Notes: a model not told the origin generated them from the sequence alone. Counted from the first letter of the stretch, positions 26,441 to 37,330 are shown. The stretch: 45,061 nucleotides of DNA from Candidatus Omnitrophota bacterium (GCA_043812495.1 JBDRMG010000022.1:1-45061); one strand, 5' to 3'. A program made the numbers and translations.

Positions 26441-29400
26441 CTAGGAGTTATTTATCGTCGTGGTTTTTGGCTCAACGGGCAGGGTAATGGTAAACGTGCT
26501 TCCTTTACCCGGTTGGCTTTTGACTTTGATGTCTCCTTTGTGCTCGCGGATAATCCCTTGCGAGATGAATAACCCCAGGCCCGTGCCGGCTTCCTTCTTG
26601 GTCGTATAAAAAGGATCGAAAATATTATCCAGGTTTTCTTTTTTTATTCCCTCACCCGTGTCCTGAATACTAACGCAAATGGAAGATTCTTGCGCAACCG
26701 TTGTAATCGTGATTTTTCCTTTTTTCTTGATGCTGTCCTGGGCATTCAAAATGAGATTCAGCAAAACCTGATGAAGCTGATGTTTCCATCCCTGGATGCG
26801 AGGGAGCGCTTCGGCCAGCTGAAGCTCGACATCAATTTTATGAAACACAAGCTGAGGTCCGATGAGCGTCATCACGTTGCGGACCATTTCATTGAGGTCG
26901 ACTTCACAGAGATCTTCTTCAATATTCTTGTGCATATCCAGGAGCCTTGAGACAATCCCTTTGATACGCTCCATGTTGCTTTGCACAAATTCAAAATTTC
27001 TGGTTTTTCTAAAATTTTTCGGTAAGGCCCCCCGCATAATATCCAAATGCGTGGTGATGCCTTGCAGAGGGTTGTTGATTTCATGCGCCATGCTCGCGGC
27101 GAGGCGCCCGGTCGCGGCCAGCCGTTCGGATTGCCGTAACTCACGCGTACGCTCGTCCACCAACTCTTCCAAGTGCTGCCGGTAATTATCCAATTCCGCG
27201 GCTTGTTTCTTTTTGTCCGTGATATCTTCGGCAATTCCCACAAGCCCCACAATATTATTGCGAGAATCCTTCAAGGGAACCTTGATCATGTGAAAATAGC
27301 GTATTTTTCCATCGGGACCGGTGAACGGCTCTTCGGGAACATCAACCTGCTCGCCTGTTTCGATGACCCGGCGGTCCACATAGTCGCTAAAGGCCCTGCC
27401 TTCTTCTTCGGCGGCCGGTGTTTCTTTCGTCGGTAAATTGATAAATCTTTCAAGGGACGCGCCGTGATCTTCGGCCATTTTTTTGTTCACAAAAAGCAGC
27501 CGGGACTTGCGGTCCTTAACAAAAACCCAGTGGGGAATCGTATCAAAAATTGTGCGCAGAAGCGCTTCGCTTTTTTTGAGAGCCTCTTCGGCTTGTTTGC
27601 GATCCGTCACGTCACGAACAACGCAGACCAAGCCACCGCCTTCTATGGCCGTCAAAGAAACTTCCTGCGGAAAGAGGCTGCCGTTACGCTTTTTGCCGAC
27701 GGCTTCTCCACGCCAACGGCCCTCTTTTGAGAATTTCGGCATAATCTCTTCTTTAAATCTTTTCAATTCTTTTTCGTCGTAGAGAACGCTCCATGTCTTG
27801 CCGATCAAATCCTGAGGGTGATCATAACCGTATATTTTCACATGGGCATCATTGAGGAATGTATACTCTTCTTTTTCATTTAAGGCGGCCATGCCGTCCA
27901 TGGAGGCGGCTGTCGCGGCTACGATTTCGCGTGCGGCTTCTTCTGCTTTTTTGCGCTGCGTGATGTCTTCGGCAAAGCCATGATAGCCGATAATCCGGCC
28001 CTGGTGATCCTTGCGGGACACGACAATCAAATGAGCGGGGAATATTGTTCCGTCTTTGCGTTTGAGATTAATTTCTTTATCAAAAATTCCGTCCTCCGTT
28101 GCTATTTGGATGACTGTTCGGGCTTCGTCTTCCGACACGTGAATAATGGACGGTGACAATTTGCTAATGACTTCTTCGGATTTATAGCCGAACATCTTTT
28201 CCGAGAATTTATTCCAAAGAGTGAATTGACCGGACTGGTCGATGGATCCTAAGTGCAAGGGGATATTTTCAGTAATCAGACGATATTGCTCTTCGCTTTC
28301 CTGAAGGGCTTCTTCGGTGATTTTGCGTTTAGTCACATCGCGAACAAAAACAATCACGCGTTGTTCCTGACCAATCGTCGTGACGCGAATACTGACTTCC
28401 GTGGGAAATATCTGGCCGTTTTTTCTTTTGCCGGCCGCTGTCACAAAGACATAACCCTTGTTAAGCGCTTCTTCGACGATATGGGGCAGCTTTTTGGTGA
28501 TATCCTCCGGCACAATCTCATCGACTCTTAAGGCTGTTATTTCGTCTTTAGTATATCCGTACATTTTACAGGCAGCTTCGTTGCAATCAAGGATCCGGCC
28601 ATCCAGTGTTTCTAAGAAAATGGCGTCCGTTGAAGCTTCAAAAAGAACGCGGTACTTGATTTCGCTTTCTCTTAAAACTTCTTCGGAGATCTTCCTCTCG
28701 GTGATGTCTCTGGCGCTTGTGCGAAATCCCACAAACTTATCGGCTTCATTGAAGACCGGTTGAGCAGATATCGAAATGAAAATCAAAGAACCGTCCTTTT
28801 TAAACATTTTCAGCTCTTGATCGGCTAATGCTTCTCTTTTCAAATATTTTTCAAAAAGCCGCTTGTGTTTTTCTCTGTCGTCGGGATGGACAAGGTTTGC
28901 GAGCTTGATTTTTCCCGTTAAATAGTCTTGGGCCGCATAACCGGTGATCCGCTCAAAGGCCGGACTGACATACGTCAATTTTTCGTCTTTGTCGCGGAAT
29001 GTTTCCCAATCATGCGTGTAATCCATAAACATCCTGAATTTGGTTTCGGATTCCTGCAGGGCTTGCTGAGTTTCTCTTTGCTCGGTGATATCCCGTCCGA
29101 CGTCCTGGCACTCGATGAGCCGTCCGTTGTCGTCAAAGATGCCTCTGTTGATCCATCGCTGGCATCGCATGTGACCGTCGGCATCAATTACTTTATGCTC
29201 ATGACTCAAAACGGGATGATCCGGGCTCAGAGCAGCAAAATGTTCTCTGATTTTGGGATGTTCTTGTGCGGGGATGAGCGCTAAAAAGCTCTCTCCGATT
29301 AATTCTTCGCGTGCTTTTCCGAAAAGCTGGCAATATGTCTCGTTGACAAACGTGAGCGTAAAATCCGGCGGTTTCCATCGGCAAATGAGTTCTGTCTGCG

Positions 29401-31105
29401 TCTCCACGACGGCCCGGTATCGATTTTCGCTATCCCGCAGAAGCTCTTCTTTCTTTTTGCGCTCGAGGGCATTGGCGAGAATATCCCCCAGTATTTTCAA
29501 AAGAGATATTGTTTCTTCGGGCCATTCTTTTTCTTCCTTGACGGCGTCTAAACCGATAATGCCGATCAGATTTTTACCGCATTCCATGGCCACGCTCAAA
29601 AAGGACTTTACTGGCTGGGCCATGAATGTTGTTTTTTCGATATTGGCTTCGGGCCCGAGTGCGGCCACGCAAGGCACATTCACAATGCCTTCGTTTAAAA
29701 TCCTTTCCTTAAACCAGGGAAAATGATCAATGGGGATATTCTGGAAATCAGGTTTCTGCGGCCGCACGTCAGCCGCGCACCACTCGTGCGTATTGTCAAT
29801 GATGGTCTGGTCTTTCCGTAAAAGAAAAACATAGGCGCGGTCAACATGCAAAAGGCGGGCGATAGATTCCAGGGCTTTGTTAATCGCTGCGTCGACCAAC
29901 TCTGTGTCGATATTTACAAATTCGGCTGAGGTCGAAGCGATGAAGTCACGCAGCTCTTTTTGATGGCGCTCAATCTCCTGGGCTCGTTTCGTATCCGTTA
30001 TGTCGTGGGCAATGATCATCGCGGATATAATCTGCTCGTCTTCTTTGATGGGAACACAGCGCGTCAGATAAGACCGGCCCAGGCGGTCGACATATTCATT
30101 GCGGATGATTTCTCCTGTTTCAAAGGCGCGCCGGATATCCTCTTGATATCGGCTCTTTTCCTGCACAGCCAAATAGTCGATGAGATTCGTTCCAATCGCT
30201 TCTTGAGGAGGCGGAAACCCCTCGCGGGAACGGTTGACGAACAAAATTTTTCCTTCCCGATCGATCGTGATGACAAGATCCGGCAGATTATCGATGAGCA
30301 ATTTCATCTTTGTTTCTGTTTCTCTGCGCCGGGCTTTGGCCTTTTTGTATTCCGTCACATCTTGGATCATCACTTGAAAACCAATCAAGTCGCCTTTGCT
30401 CAACAAGGCGGTGCTGCGCAGTTCGATATCAATCGCCCGGCCGCTTTTTGTGACACCGACCATTTCGTGTGGAATCGCCGGAAGCAGGCCGCTTTGAACA
30501 GCTTCCTGAAAAAGCTTTTCCGCTTTTTTGTGCAGATTGGGGTGAACGAATTCTCTGAAATGCAGACCGAGGACATCTTTTTTTTGGACCTCGAATATCT
30601 CACAAAAATGATGACTAACAAATGTAATGATTCCCTCTAAATTCACATGGGCCACGCCCGCCCATATATTTTCAAAAATCTGTTTATATTTTTCCTCCAT
30701 TTCCCGGGAGGCTTCTTCGGCACGCTTGCGTTCAATGGCATGCGTGATAACGCGCGCGATCATTTGGCTATTGAGACGGTCTTTGATCAGATAATCCTGC
30801 GCGCCCCGGCGTACCGCTTCCCGGGCAAAGGTGTCGTCTTCGAATCCGCTCATCACGATAATGGGCAAAAAAGGTACCTGCTCGTGAATTTTGATAAAGG
30901 CATTGAGGCCCTGGCTGTCGGAAAGATACAGATCCAAAAAGACAATGTCAAAATCGGCGCGGTTCAAATACTGCTGGCCTTCTTGAAGCGTATTAACGTA
31001 TTTCAGGCTGATAGAGAAACCATTAACGTCGGAAAGGATTTTGCTGATCAGGCGGGCATCCCGGGGGTCTTGTTCAATTAATAAAATGTGAACGGAATTA
31101 TTCAT
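26441..31105 (-). CDS. Cytoplasmic hybrid sensor histidine kinase (REC, about 8 PAS, GAF, HisKA, HATPase)
   Basis: N-terminal receiver. Repeated D(I/V)T-x-RK PAS ends. GAF (NTHEWCA). H-box AHEINNPL, NLILNA, DTGEGI, FDPFYTTK and GTGLGL. No TM segments seen. Confidence 0.92.
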   Translation of the reverse strand: MNNSVHILLIEQDPRDARLISKILSDVNGFSISLKYVNTLQEGQQYLNRADFDIVFLDLYLSDSQGLNAFIKIHEQVPFLPIIVMSGFEDDTFAREAVRRGAQDYLIKDRLNSQMIARVITHAIERKRAEEASREMEEKYKQIFENIWAGVAHVNLEGIITFVSHHFCEIFEVQKKDVLGLHFREFVHPNLHKKAEKLFQEAVQSGLLPAIPHEMVGVTKSGRAIDIELRSTALLSKGDLIGFQVMIQDVTEYKKAKARRRETETKMKLLIDNLPDLVITIDREGKILFVNRSREGFPPPQEAIGTNLIDYLAVQEKSRYQEDIRRAFETGEIIRNEYVDRLGRSYLTRCVPIKEDEQIISAMIIAHDITDTKRAQEIERHQKELRDFIASTSAEFVNIDTELVDAAINKALESIARLLHVDRAYVFLLRKDQTIIDNTHEWCAADVRPQKPDFQNIPIDHFPWFKERILNEGIVNVPCVAALGPEANIEKTTFMAQPVKSFLSVAMECGKNLIGIIGLDAVKEEKEWPEETISLLKILGDILANALERKKKEELLRDSENRYRAVVETQTELICRWKPPDFTLTFVNETYCQLFGKAREELIGESFLALIPAQEHPKIREHFAALSPDHPVLSHEHKVIDADGHMRCQRWINRGIFDDNGRLIECQDVGRDITEQRETQQALQESETKFRMFMDYTHDWETFRDKDEKLTYVSPAFERITGYAAQDYLTGKIKLANLVHPDDREKHKRLFEKYLKREALADQELKMFKKDGSLIFISISAQPVFNEADKFVGFRTSARDITERKISEEVLRESEIKYRVLFEASTDAIFLETLDGRILDCNEAACKMYGYTKDEITALRVDEIVPEDITKKLPHIVEEALNKGYVFVTAAGKRKNGQIFPTEVSIRVTTIGQEQRVIVFVRDVTKRKITEEALQESEEQYRLITENIPLHLGSIDQSGQFTLWNKFSEKMFGYKSEEVISKLSPSIIHVSEDEARTVIQIATEDGIFDKEINLKRKDGTIFPAHLIVVSRKDHQGRIIGYHGFAEDITQRKKAEEAAREIVAATAASMDGMAALNEKEEYTFLNDAHVKIYGYDHPQDLIGKTWSVLYDEKELKRFKEEIMPKFSKEGRWRGEAVGKKRNGSLFPQEVSLTAIEGGGLVCVVRDVTDRKQAEEALKKSEALLRTIFDTIPHWVFVKDRKSRLLFVNKKMAEDHGASLERFINLPTKETPAAEEEGRAFSDYVDRRVIETGEQVDVPEEPFTGPDGKIRYFHMIKVPLKDSRNNIVGLVGIAEDITDKKKQAAELDNYRQHLEELVDERTRELRQSERLAATGRLAASMAHEINNPLQGITTHLDIMRGALPKNFRKTRNFEFVQSNMERIKGIVSRLLDMHKNIEEDLCEVDLNEMVRNVMTLIGPQLVFHKIDVELQLAEALPRIQGWKHQLHQVLLNLILNAQDSIKKKGKITITTVAQESSICVSIQDTGEGIKKENLDNIFDPFYTTKKEAGTGLGLFISQGIIREHKGDIKVKSQPGKGSTFTITLPVEPKTTTINNS

Positions 31106-31142
31106 CGTTCTTTTTGTTTTTAGGGCTCCGAAAAGTCGCTTC

Positions 31143-31221
31143 GCCCTTCAATAGCCCGGAACGACCCTTCGATAAACTCACAGTCGTCCAGCGAAGTCGA
31201 AGGACGAATTTTGTGAAGGGC
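31143..31221. repeat. Nested REP-like palindromes
   Basis: gcccttca...tgaagggc encloses ccttcga...tcgaagg. A related ccttcga/tcgaagg pair occurs at 37367-37398. Confidence 0.55.
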
Positions 31222-31808
31222 TATTTGTTTTTGCTTTTTTCCACACCAAGCAGGGAATGAATTTCATCGAGAAGGATTTTGTTTTCCGCCGGCTTGGCTA
31301 AACATCGATCGGCTCCTAATTTTTGAATACGATTGAGATTTTCTTCCGACGGGTATCCCGTCAAGACAAGGATTTTGATATTTTTTAAAAGCGGGTTTGT
31401 CTTAATCAATCGGCAGGCGCTGAATCCATCCAACCCTTGCATCTTCAAGTCAAGGATAATCAAAGACGGCTCGGTATGAATCGCCAGAACACCGGCCTCA
31501 AATCCGTCGGAGACGGCATCGACTTTAAATCCTTGCTCTTCCAGTAATTCTTTTAAGCCGATGCGAATCGACTCGTCGTCATCCACAATCAAGATGCGTG
31601 AGGGGTCCTTCTTGGGAAGATGAAAGCCGTTTCTTTTCATAAAGGTATTGAGCTCTTCTTTGGGAATACGCCGGTGACCGCCTAAAGTTTTCACCGCTTT
31701 GATACGGCCGGCGTTGATCCATTCAATGATGGTGGAATGAGACACAAAAAGCATGTCTCCGGCTTCATAGGTGGTATAAAATTTTTTTTCTTTTGATTTT
31801 TTGAACAT
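31221..31808 (-). CDS. Response regulator with N-terminal excisionase/MerR-like HTH
   Basis: YTTYEAGDMLFVSHSTIIEWINAGRIKAVKTLGGHRRI followed by RILIVDDD...IILD...KP. Confidence 0.88.
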   Translation of the reverse strand: MFKKSKEKKFYTTYEAGDMLFVSHSTIIEWINAGRIKAVKTLGGHRRIPKEELNTFMKRNGFHLPKKDPSRILIVDDDESIRIGLKELLEEQGFKVDAVSDGFEAGVLAIHTEPSLIILDLKMQGLDGFSACRLIKTNPLLKNIKILVLTGYPSEENLNRIQKLGADRCLAKPAENKILLDEIHSLLGVEKSKNK

Positions 31809-31860
31809 CGCTCAATGACAACCTGGCGGTTAAACACTTCGGATCAACGCAAGAGGCAAG

Positions 31861-31915
31861 CTTAAGAATCTTAGAATTCTTAGAATTATATAACACATGA
31901 TTGGGGTGCTGTCAA
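31861..31915 (-). promoter_or_regulatory. Promoter overlapped by three 9-bp direct repeats
   Basis: TTGACA at 31915-31910 with a TATATA/TATAAT -10. cttaagaat-cttagaatt-cttagaatt at 31861-31887. Confidence 0.55.
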
Positions 31916-31959
31916 ATAAAACAAGCGGTGGGGAAATTCGGAAATTCGGGAGAAATCGC

Positions 31960-32562
31960 CTAAGAAAGGCCTTTCTTTTTTTCTTTGCGGTATTTTTGGA
32001 TGAGATTTTCTAGCCTTTTCACTGCTTCGCTTTCTTGAGAATCAAATTTGTCCTTTGTGGAGCCTGCTTTTCGGTCTTCGAGTTCAATTTCTTCAAGATT
32101 TTGTTCCTTGCTCTCAACTATTTTTTCTTGGGTTGCAACTTCCTCTTGTGCAAATGTTTGCAATACTTCTTCAGCCGCAGTTTCGGCCTGTTCTGGCTCG
32201 TCTTCCAAAGGTTTTTGTGCCTCTTCCTGTGCGTCTTGACTCTCTTTTTTTTGTGCCTCTGCATCTGCCTTATTAAGAATTGTTTTCAATTGATTCAGCT
32301 CGGTTCTTTCTAAATCTTTGCCATCCGCGTCCGTGTTCTGCGTTTCGGTTTCGGGCTTGTTTGTTTTTTCTTTCTCAGGCTGGCTGAGGCCGGCCAAATC
32401 GGCTAAATCCCGAGGCTTGCCTTTGTCTGGCTGGCTTTCCTGAGAGTTTTTTGAGCCTCTATCCTTATCTTTCATATTTTTTAAAATCGACTCAACGGAT
32501 GTTTCGTGGTCTTTTTCCGGTGTTTTCTTTTGTTCTTGGTGATCGTTCTTCTGTTCGTCCAT
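31960..32562 (-). CDS. Hypothetical highly charged protein
   Basis: 200-aa E/K/Q-rich ORF directly downstream of mdh with an RBS-like AAGGAA. No recognised domain. Confidence 0.65.
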   Translation of the reverse strand: MDEQKNDHQEQKKTPEKDHETSVESILKNMKDKDRGSKNSQESQPDKGKPRDLADLAGLSQPEKEKTNKPETETQNTDADGKDLERTELNQLKTILNKADAEAQKKESQDAQEEAQKPLEDEPEQAETAAEEVLQTFAQEEVATQEKIVESKEQNLEEIELEDRKAGSTKDKFDSQESEAVKRLENLIQKYRKEKKKGLS

Positions 32563-32573
32563 GTTTTCCTTTT

Positions 32574-33560
32574 TTATGGAATTATGTCCGCAATTGTTTT
32601 TTGTTCTTCCTGTAATTCTTGAAATGTTTCCGCTATTTTTTTCTTTGCAAATTCGTTATGTTGTATGTTCTGAACAATAGACCATGCTTTCCCGTCGGAG
32701 CGTATAGGAAAGCTAAAGATCAGGCCTTGGGGAATATCATAACTTCCATCCGAAGCCACGGCCATAGAGAAATATTCGTCTTTCGCGCTAGGATTTGAAA
32801 GTTTTTTAATGGTGTCCGCAATGGCATTGGCCGCTGAGGCCGCGGATGAAAGTCCGCGCGCCTTAATGACCTCGGCTCCTCTTTTTTGATCATTTTCAAT
32901 AAAATTTTTCTTGAGCCAATCAAGATCCGTTATGATTTCGGTTACGGGTCGGCCTTTCATCTTGGCGTGAAAGAAATCCGGATATTGCGTGGAAGAATGA
33001 TTGCCCCATATGGCTAAATTTTTTACTTCGCTAATATCGCACCCTGCCTTTTGGGCCAGTTGCGCAACGGCTCGATTCTGATCCAGCATGGTCATGGCAA
33101 AAAAATTTTTTTCGTTTAAGTTCTTGGCGACCGATTTAGCGATGAAAGCGTTTGTATTGCAAGGGTTTCCGACAACAAGGACCTTGCATGAAGGCTTGGC
33201 GCGCTCGGACAAACTTTTTCCTTGATTGACAAAAATAGGACCGTTGATTCTGATTAAATCCTTGCGTTCCATGCCGGCCTTTCGGGGAATGCTGCCGATT
33301 AAAAGGGCCCAATCGACATCTTGAAAAGCCACATGAAGATCGGCAGTCTGTTTAATCGATCCCAATAGAGGAAAAGCACAGTCCTCAAGCTCCATGGCAA
33401 CGCCTTTGAGGGCAGGCAAGGCCGGCTCGAGCTCCAAGAGATTTAAATCCACTCTTGCTTCGGGTCCGAATATTTCGCCTGAAGCAATACGGAATAAAAG
33501 AGCGTATCCGATTTGTCCGGCTGCGCCCGTGACAGCGATTTTTATTCTTTGTTTCGTCAT
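32574..33560 (-). CDS. mdh: Malate dehydrogenase (cytosolic-type, dimeric)
   Basis: [64 protein letters not shown] and SSAASAANA. Confidence 0.95.
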   Translation of the reverse strand: MTKQRIKIAVTGAAGQIGYALLFRIASGEIFGPEARVDLNLLELEPALPALKGVAMELEDCAFPLLGSIKQTADLHVAFQDVDWALLIGSIPRKAGMERKDLIRINGPIFVNQGKSLSERAKPSCKVLVVGNPCNTNAFIAKSVAKNLNEKNFFAMTMLDQNRAVAQLAQKAGCDISEVKNLAIWGNHSSTQYPDFFHAKMKGRPVTEIITDLDWLKKNFIENDQKRGAEVIKARGLSSAASAANAIADTIKKLSNPSAKDEYFSMAVASDGSYDIPQGLIFSFPIRSDGKAWSIVQNIQHNEFAKKKIAETFQELQEEQKTIADIIP

Positions 33561-33685
33561 TATTTTATTTGGCTTTTTTAACGATATTTATTGTACATCC
33601 TGAAACATGATTGTTCAAGCTGAATCCGGTTGTCTTTTGCATATGTCTTTTGCATATCTATGTTTCTGCTTTTGTGCGGAAATTG

Positions 33686-33826
33686 CAAATCAGTGCTACT
33701 CGTAGCACTGATTTGACACGCATCGCGGAGACAATGCGCTTCCATGGTTGAGGAATCAAAATGTGTTCATTGAGCGCTCCTCCGGGAGTGGAGATACAGA
33801 TTAGTGCCCCTAGGAGCACTAATCTG
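33686..33826. repeat. Pair of related palindromes
   Basis: caaatcagtgctac-tc-gtagcactgatttg (33686-33715) and cagattagtgc-N8-gcactaatctg (33797-33826). Confidence 0.75.
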
Positions 33827-33886
33827 CTGCGAGCTATTGATAAATGTTGACTTCGGCAAGTCTTTCTGTCAACCAGACAAATACAG

Positions 33887-34672
33887 CTAATGAATGGCGG
33901 GCAATCTTTTTCTAGCTTGAGTGAGGTTGGTTTTGGTCAGATCGGCGTAAATGATTTCATTTTTATTGAGAGAGGCTTTTTGAAGAACCTCGCCCCACGG
34001 ATCGACAATCATGCTGTTCCCGAAAGAGGCAACGCCGCGGGCATCTTTTCCGATTTGGTCGGGCGCCAAAACATAACAGAGATTTTCGATGGCGCGCGCC
34101 CGGCATAAAACTTCCCAGTGGGCCTGTCCGGTTTTCTTCGTAAAACACGACGGTGCGCACAAAATATCCGCTCCTTTTTGAGCGTATTCTTTGTAGAGTA
34201 CGGGAAACCGCAAATCGTAACAGATGGATAGCCCGACTTTAAAATTTTCAACGCACCCGAGTACCGGTGTCTTTCCGGCTTTTAAAACACGCAATTCTTG
34301 AATCACTTTCTTGCCGAGGCGCGCATCAAATAAATGGATTTTCCGGTATTTCGCGACGATCTTGCCTTTTGGATTGATCAAAACAGATGTACTGTAGATT
34401 TTCTTTGTACCTTTGATGCGCTCGCCGACGGACCCGGCCAGAATAAACACGCGATGCGCGCGGGCTAATTCCATTAATGGCTTTATAGATGAACCCGGAA
34501 TGTGTTCGGCGTTTGTCCAAGCGTCTTTAGGCTGACCGCGAAAAGGAAACATCTCCGGCAAGAGAATGAATTCGGCTTTCTTCTGAATGGCCTGACGGAT
34601 AAGGGCGCAGGCCCGTTGGATATTTTTTAATTTTTGCGGGCCTGCGCCCATCTGGATCAGTGCGACTTTCAT
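33887..34672 (-). CDS. Carbon-nitrogen hydrolase (Nit1 / deaminated glutathione amidase-like)
   Basis: LLPEMF, YRKIHLFD, ICYDLRFP and AHWEVLCRARAIEN. Confidence 0.88.
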   Translation of the reverse strand: MKVALIQMGAGPQKLKNIQRACALIRQAIQKKAEFILLPEMFPFRGQPKDAWTNAEHIPGSSIKPLMELARAHRVFILAGSVGERIKGTKKIYSTSVLINPKGKIVAKYRKIHLFDARLGKKVIQELRVLKAGKTPVLGCVENFKVGLSICYDLRFPVLYKEYAQKGADILCAPSCFTKKTGQAHWEVLCRARAIENLCYVLAPDQIGKDARGVASFGNSMIVDPWGEVLQKASLNKNEIIYADLTKTNLTQARKRLPAIH

Positions 34673-35325
34673 GATTTTGGAGGCTGAAAAACCTGATTCA
34701 ATTTTTCTTTATAATTCCTATGGCATTTAATGTAGAAATCTTGCCTGCGCAAGTCTTGTAGATGTTTCCACAGATTTTCGTATTTGGATAAATCCACGCC
34801 CGCGGCCTCAGCCGCATCAAGGCTTGCGACAAGATTGATATCCGCAAGCGTTGTGTCCTCGCCTGCGAGACATTTGTTTTTCTTTAATTGTTCATCCAAA
34901 ACCGGCAAGAATCGGTTTAAAAATGATATCCCGACTTTGATGGATCGCTCATCTACAGGTGAGCCGATACGCGGAGCAAAGATCCGGTTAAAAGCCACGC
35001 GGTCTAAGGAGGCTCCGATATGAAAAGTGGTGAAATCCATCCATTGATCGATCAGAGCGCGTTTCTTGCGGTCTTGCGGGTACAGAGAGGAATTGTGTTT
35101 GTCCGCCAAATATTTGATGATGGCATTACTTTCAAACAAGACAAAGCCGTCATCATCCATAGCCGGAATCTTCCCGGCCGGATGAATCGCTAAATAATCC
35201 GGTTTGCGATGTTCGCCGTCGCGCAGGCTGACTTTTTGATAATCAAATTCAAGGCCTAAAGAATACGCCGTCATCCTGACTTTATTGGCATAAGACGATA
35301 AATCCGCTCCATAGATTTTTAACAT
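34669..35325 (-). CDS. Glutathione S-transferase family protein
   Basis: HPAGKIPAMDDDGFVLFESNAIIKYLA and TLADI. Confidence 0.9.
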   Translation of the reverse strand: MLKIYGADLSSYANKVRMTAYSLGLEFDYQKVSLRDGEHRKPDYLAIHPAGKIPAMDDDGFVLFESNAIIKYLADKHNSSLYPQDRKKRALIDQWMDFTTFHIGASLDRVAFNRIFAPRIGSPVDERSIKVGISFLNRFLPVLDEQLKKNKCLAGEDTTLADINLVASLDAAEAAGVDLSKYENLWKHLQDLRRQDFYIKCHRNYKEKLNQVFQPPKS

Positions 35326-36299
35326 ACGCGCGCCTCTTGCGGCACAGGATGGACAAATCTTCCTTCTTTCAAAAACTTTTCTATCGATTCCGTGCTTTGT
35401 TGGGCCTTGCGAATAACGGCTTCCGCTGTATTAAAGGCGTTATGCGGCGTAAAAATGCAGTTTTCCTTTTCTTCCAACCTCAAAACAATCTGTGTATTTT
35501 CGTCGGCTTCGCCTTCGGGATTTCGCAGAAAATGAGCAATTTTGTTTTCGTCTTCGAACACATCCAATCCCAGACCGCCGAGAACGCCATCATCTAAAAG
35601 CCTTTCTAAGTCTCCAAGCGGTGATATTTCTCCCCGGGCAACGTTAATAAAAATCGTGCCTTCTTGGGCATTCTTAAGCGTTCCGTAATTGAGCATGCCT
35701 CTGGTAAGCCATGTTAGAGGCAGCGCGCAAAAAACAACATCGGCCCACTTTAACCCGTCGGTAAGCGAAACGTATTCGATCTCCTTGCTCTTGGGATCCT
35801 TGTCAACACCTTTGACGCTCATGCAAAGACTTTTTGCCATCTGCGCGATTTCTGAGCCGATGTTGCCGACACCGATGATCAGCATGTTGCGTCCCTGAAG
35901 CTCTTGGCCTGTTAATCCGTCCCGGTTGAATGTGGCAAGATGGGCGCTCTGCGCTCTTGCCTTTCTTAAAAGCATCAAAGCCATCATAATGGCTTGCTCG
36001 GCTACGGCGCGCGCGCAATATTTCGGAAGATATCCGCAAGGAATATCGGCTTTGGACTGGTTTCTGAAATCCATTATATGATCGTATCCGGCGCTGCGAG
36101 AAAGAATTCCTTTTAAGCTTTTCGCCCACGCGATTGGGATATTTGATTGTGTACGAATGCTGATTACGCTCGCAGGCGGCTCAAGAGCGCCAAATTCCTG
36201 AACGGTCTTGGGCGTAAATTCGGCTAGGATATTCTTGGGCAGGAATTGCCGAAGAAGCTCTTGTTCTTCCTGAAAGGCTTCAAAAAATATGCAGTCCAT
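35319..36299 (-). CDS. D-2-hydroxyacid dehydrogenase (D-lactate dehydrogenase-like)
   Basis: RSAGYDH, AVAE, GVGNIG, INVARG, LDVFEDE and TPHNAFNT. Confidence 0.85.
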   Translation of the reverse strand: MDCIFFEAFQEEQELLRQFLPKNILAEFTPKTVQEFGALEPPASVISIRTQSNIPIAWAKSLKGILSRSAGYDHIMDFRNQSKADIPCGYLPKYCARAVAEQAIMMALMLLRKARAQSAHLATFNRDGLTGQELQGRNMLIIGVGNIGSEIAQMAKSLCMSVKGVDKDPKSKEIEYVSLTDGLKWADVVFCALPLTWLTRGMLNYGTLKNAQEGTIFINVARGEISPLGDLERLLDDGVLGGLGLDVFEDENKIAHFLRNPEGEADENTQIVLRLEEKENCIFTPHNAFNTAEAVIRKAQQSTESIEKFLKEGRFVHPVPQEARVC

Positions 36300-36304
36300 A
36301 TTAT

Positions 36305-37324
36305 CTATTTGTTTCTCTCAAACGCAAGATTGACGATTTTTTTAATCAGATTGTTGTACTCGATCCCGATTTTGCCCGCGGATTCAGCCAGCTCATCGAT
36401 TTTGGCGATGCAGGGATTGGCATTTGGCTCGAGAATATAGGCCTGTCCCGACGGCGTCAAACGAATATCAAATCGGGCGTAGCTATCCATATCAAGGGCA
36501 CGGTAGGCACGCTTACACACATCTTGAATCTTTTCCTCCGTGCCGTTAGGGAGTTTGCCGGCGAATTCGCTGCGGATATTCCAGCGCTCGCGGTATTTGT
36601 CGTCCCATTTGGCTTTATAGGTCGCGATGCGGGGCTCGTCTTCGGAAACCTCGCCGAACTTGAGTTCTCTGGGCGGCAAAACGGTGATGCGCTTTTTCCC
36701 CAAAACACTCACGTACATTTCCCGGCCATCAATGTATTCTTCGGCAATGGCATCCATTTTCATATTTTCATGAATAAATTTCACGCGCTCGATCAAGGCT
36801 TCTTCGCCATCCACCACGGAGGCCTGGGCAATGCCGCGCGACGCCTCTTCGCACAAGGGCTTGACGACCAAAGGCGGTTTGATTTGTTTGGGTAACCACA
36901 CCTTATGGCCGCGGTTGAATGTATAAAAACGCGGCACGCGCAAGCGGTGAAAGCGAAGGATTTTTTTGCTCAAGGCCTTGTTGTTGCAGATGAACAAGCA
37001 TCCTGAGGATGCGCCCGTATAAGGGATTTGCAGCATCTCCAAAAGAGCCACGACATTCTTGTCCAAATGGGATTTTTGGTCAAAAACCTCGCAGAGATTA
37101 AAAACAACATCCGGACGGTTGTCTTGGATTTCCTCCAGAAGCGGATGGATATCGTTAAAAAGACCCTGGCGCTTCACCTCGTGGCCAAGAGCGCCAAGGG
37201 CTTTAAAAACATCGTTTTCGGTATACCACCAGCCGTCTTTTTCTTTGAATTCTTCGTCGTAGGTATAATCCCGCGGATGGGCTTCGGGAGAATCAAACAA
37301 TAATAAAACTTTAAGTTTTTTCAT
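36305..37324 (-). CDS. D-Ala-D-Ala ligase-like ATP-grasp protein (divergent)
   Basis: VVFNLCE, IPYTG, NKALSK, VKPLCEEASRGI, EEYIDGRE, YARFDIRL and LEPNANP. Confidence 0.82.
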   Translation of the reverse strand: MKKLKVLLLFDSPEAHPRDYTYDEEFKEKDGWWYTENDVFKALGALGHEVKRQGLFNDIHPLLEEIQDNRPDVVFNLCEVFDQKSHLDKNVVALLEMLQIPYTGASSGCLFICNNKALSKKILRFHRLRVPRFYTFNRGHKVWLPKQIKPPLVVKPLCEEASRGIAQASVVDGEEALIERVKFIHENMKMDAIAEEYIDGREMYVSVLGKKRITVLPPRELKFGEVSEDEPRIATYKAKWDDKYRERWNIRSEFAGKLPNGTEEKIQDVCKRAYRALDMDSYARFDIRLTPSGQAYILEPNANPCIAKIDELAESAGKIGIEYNNLIKKIVNLAFERNK

Positions 37325-37330
37325 GGTTTT

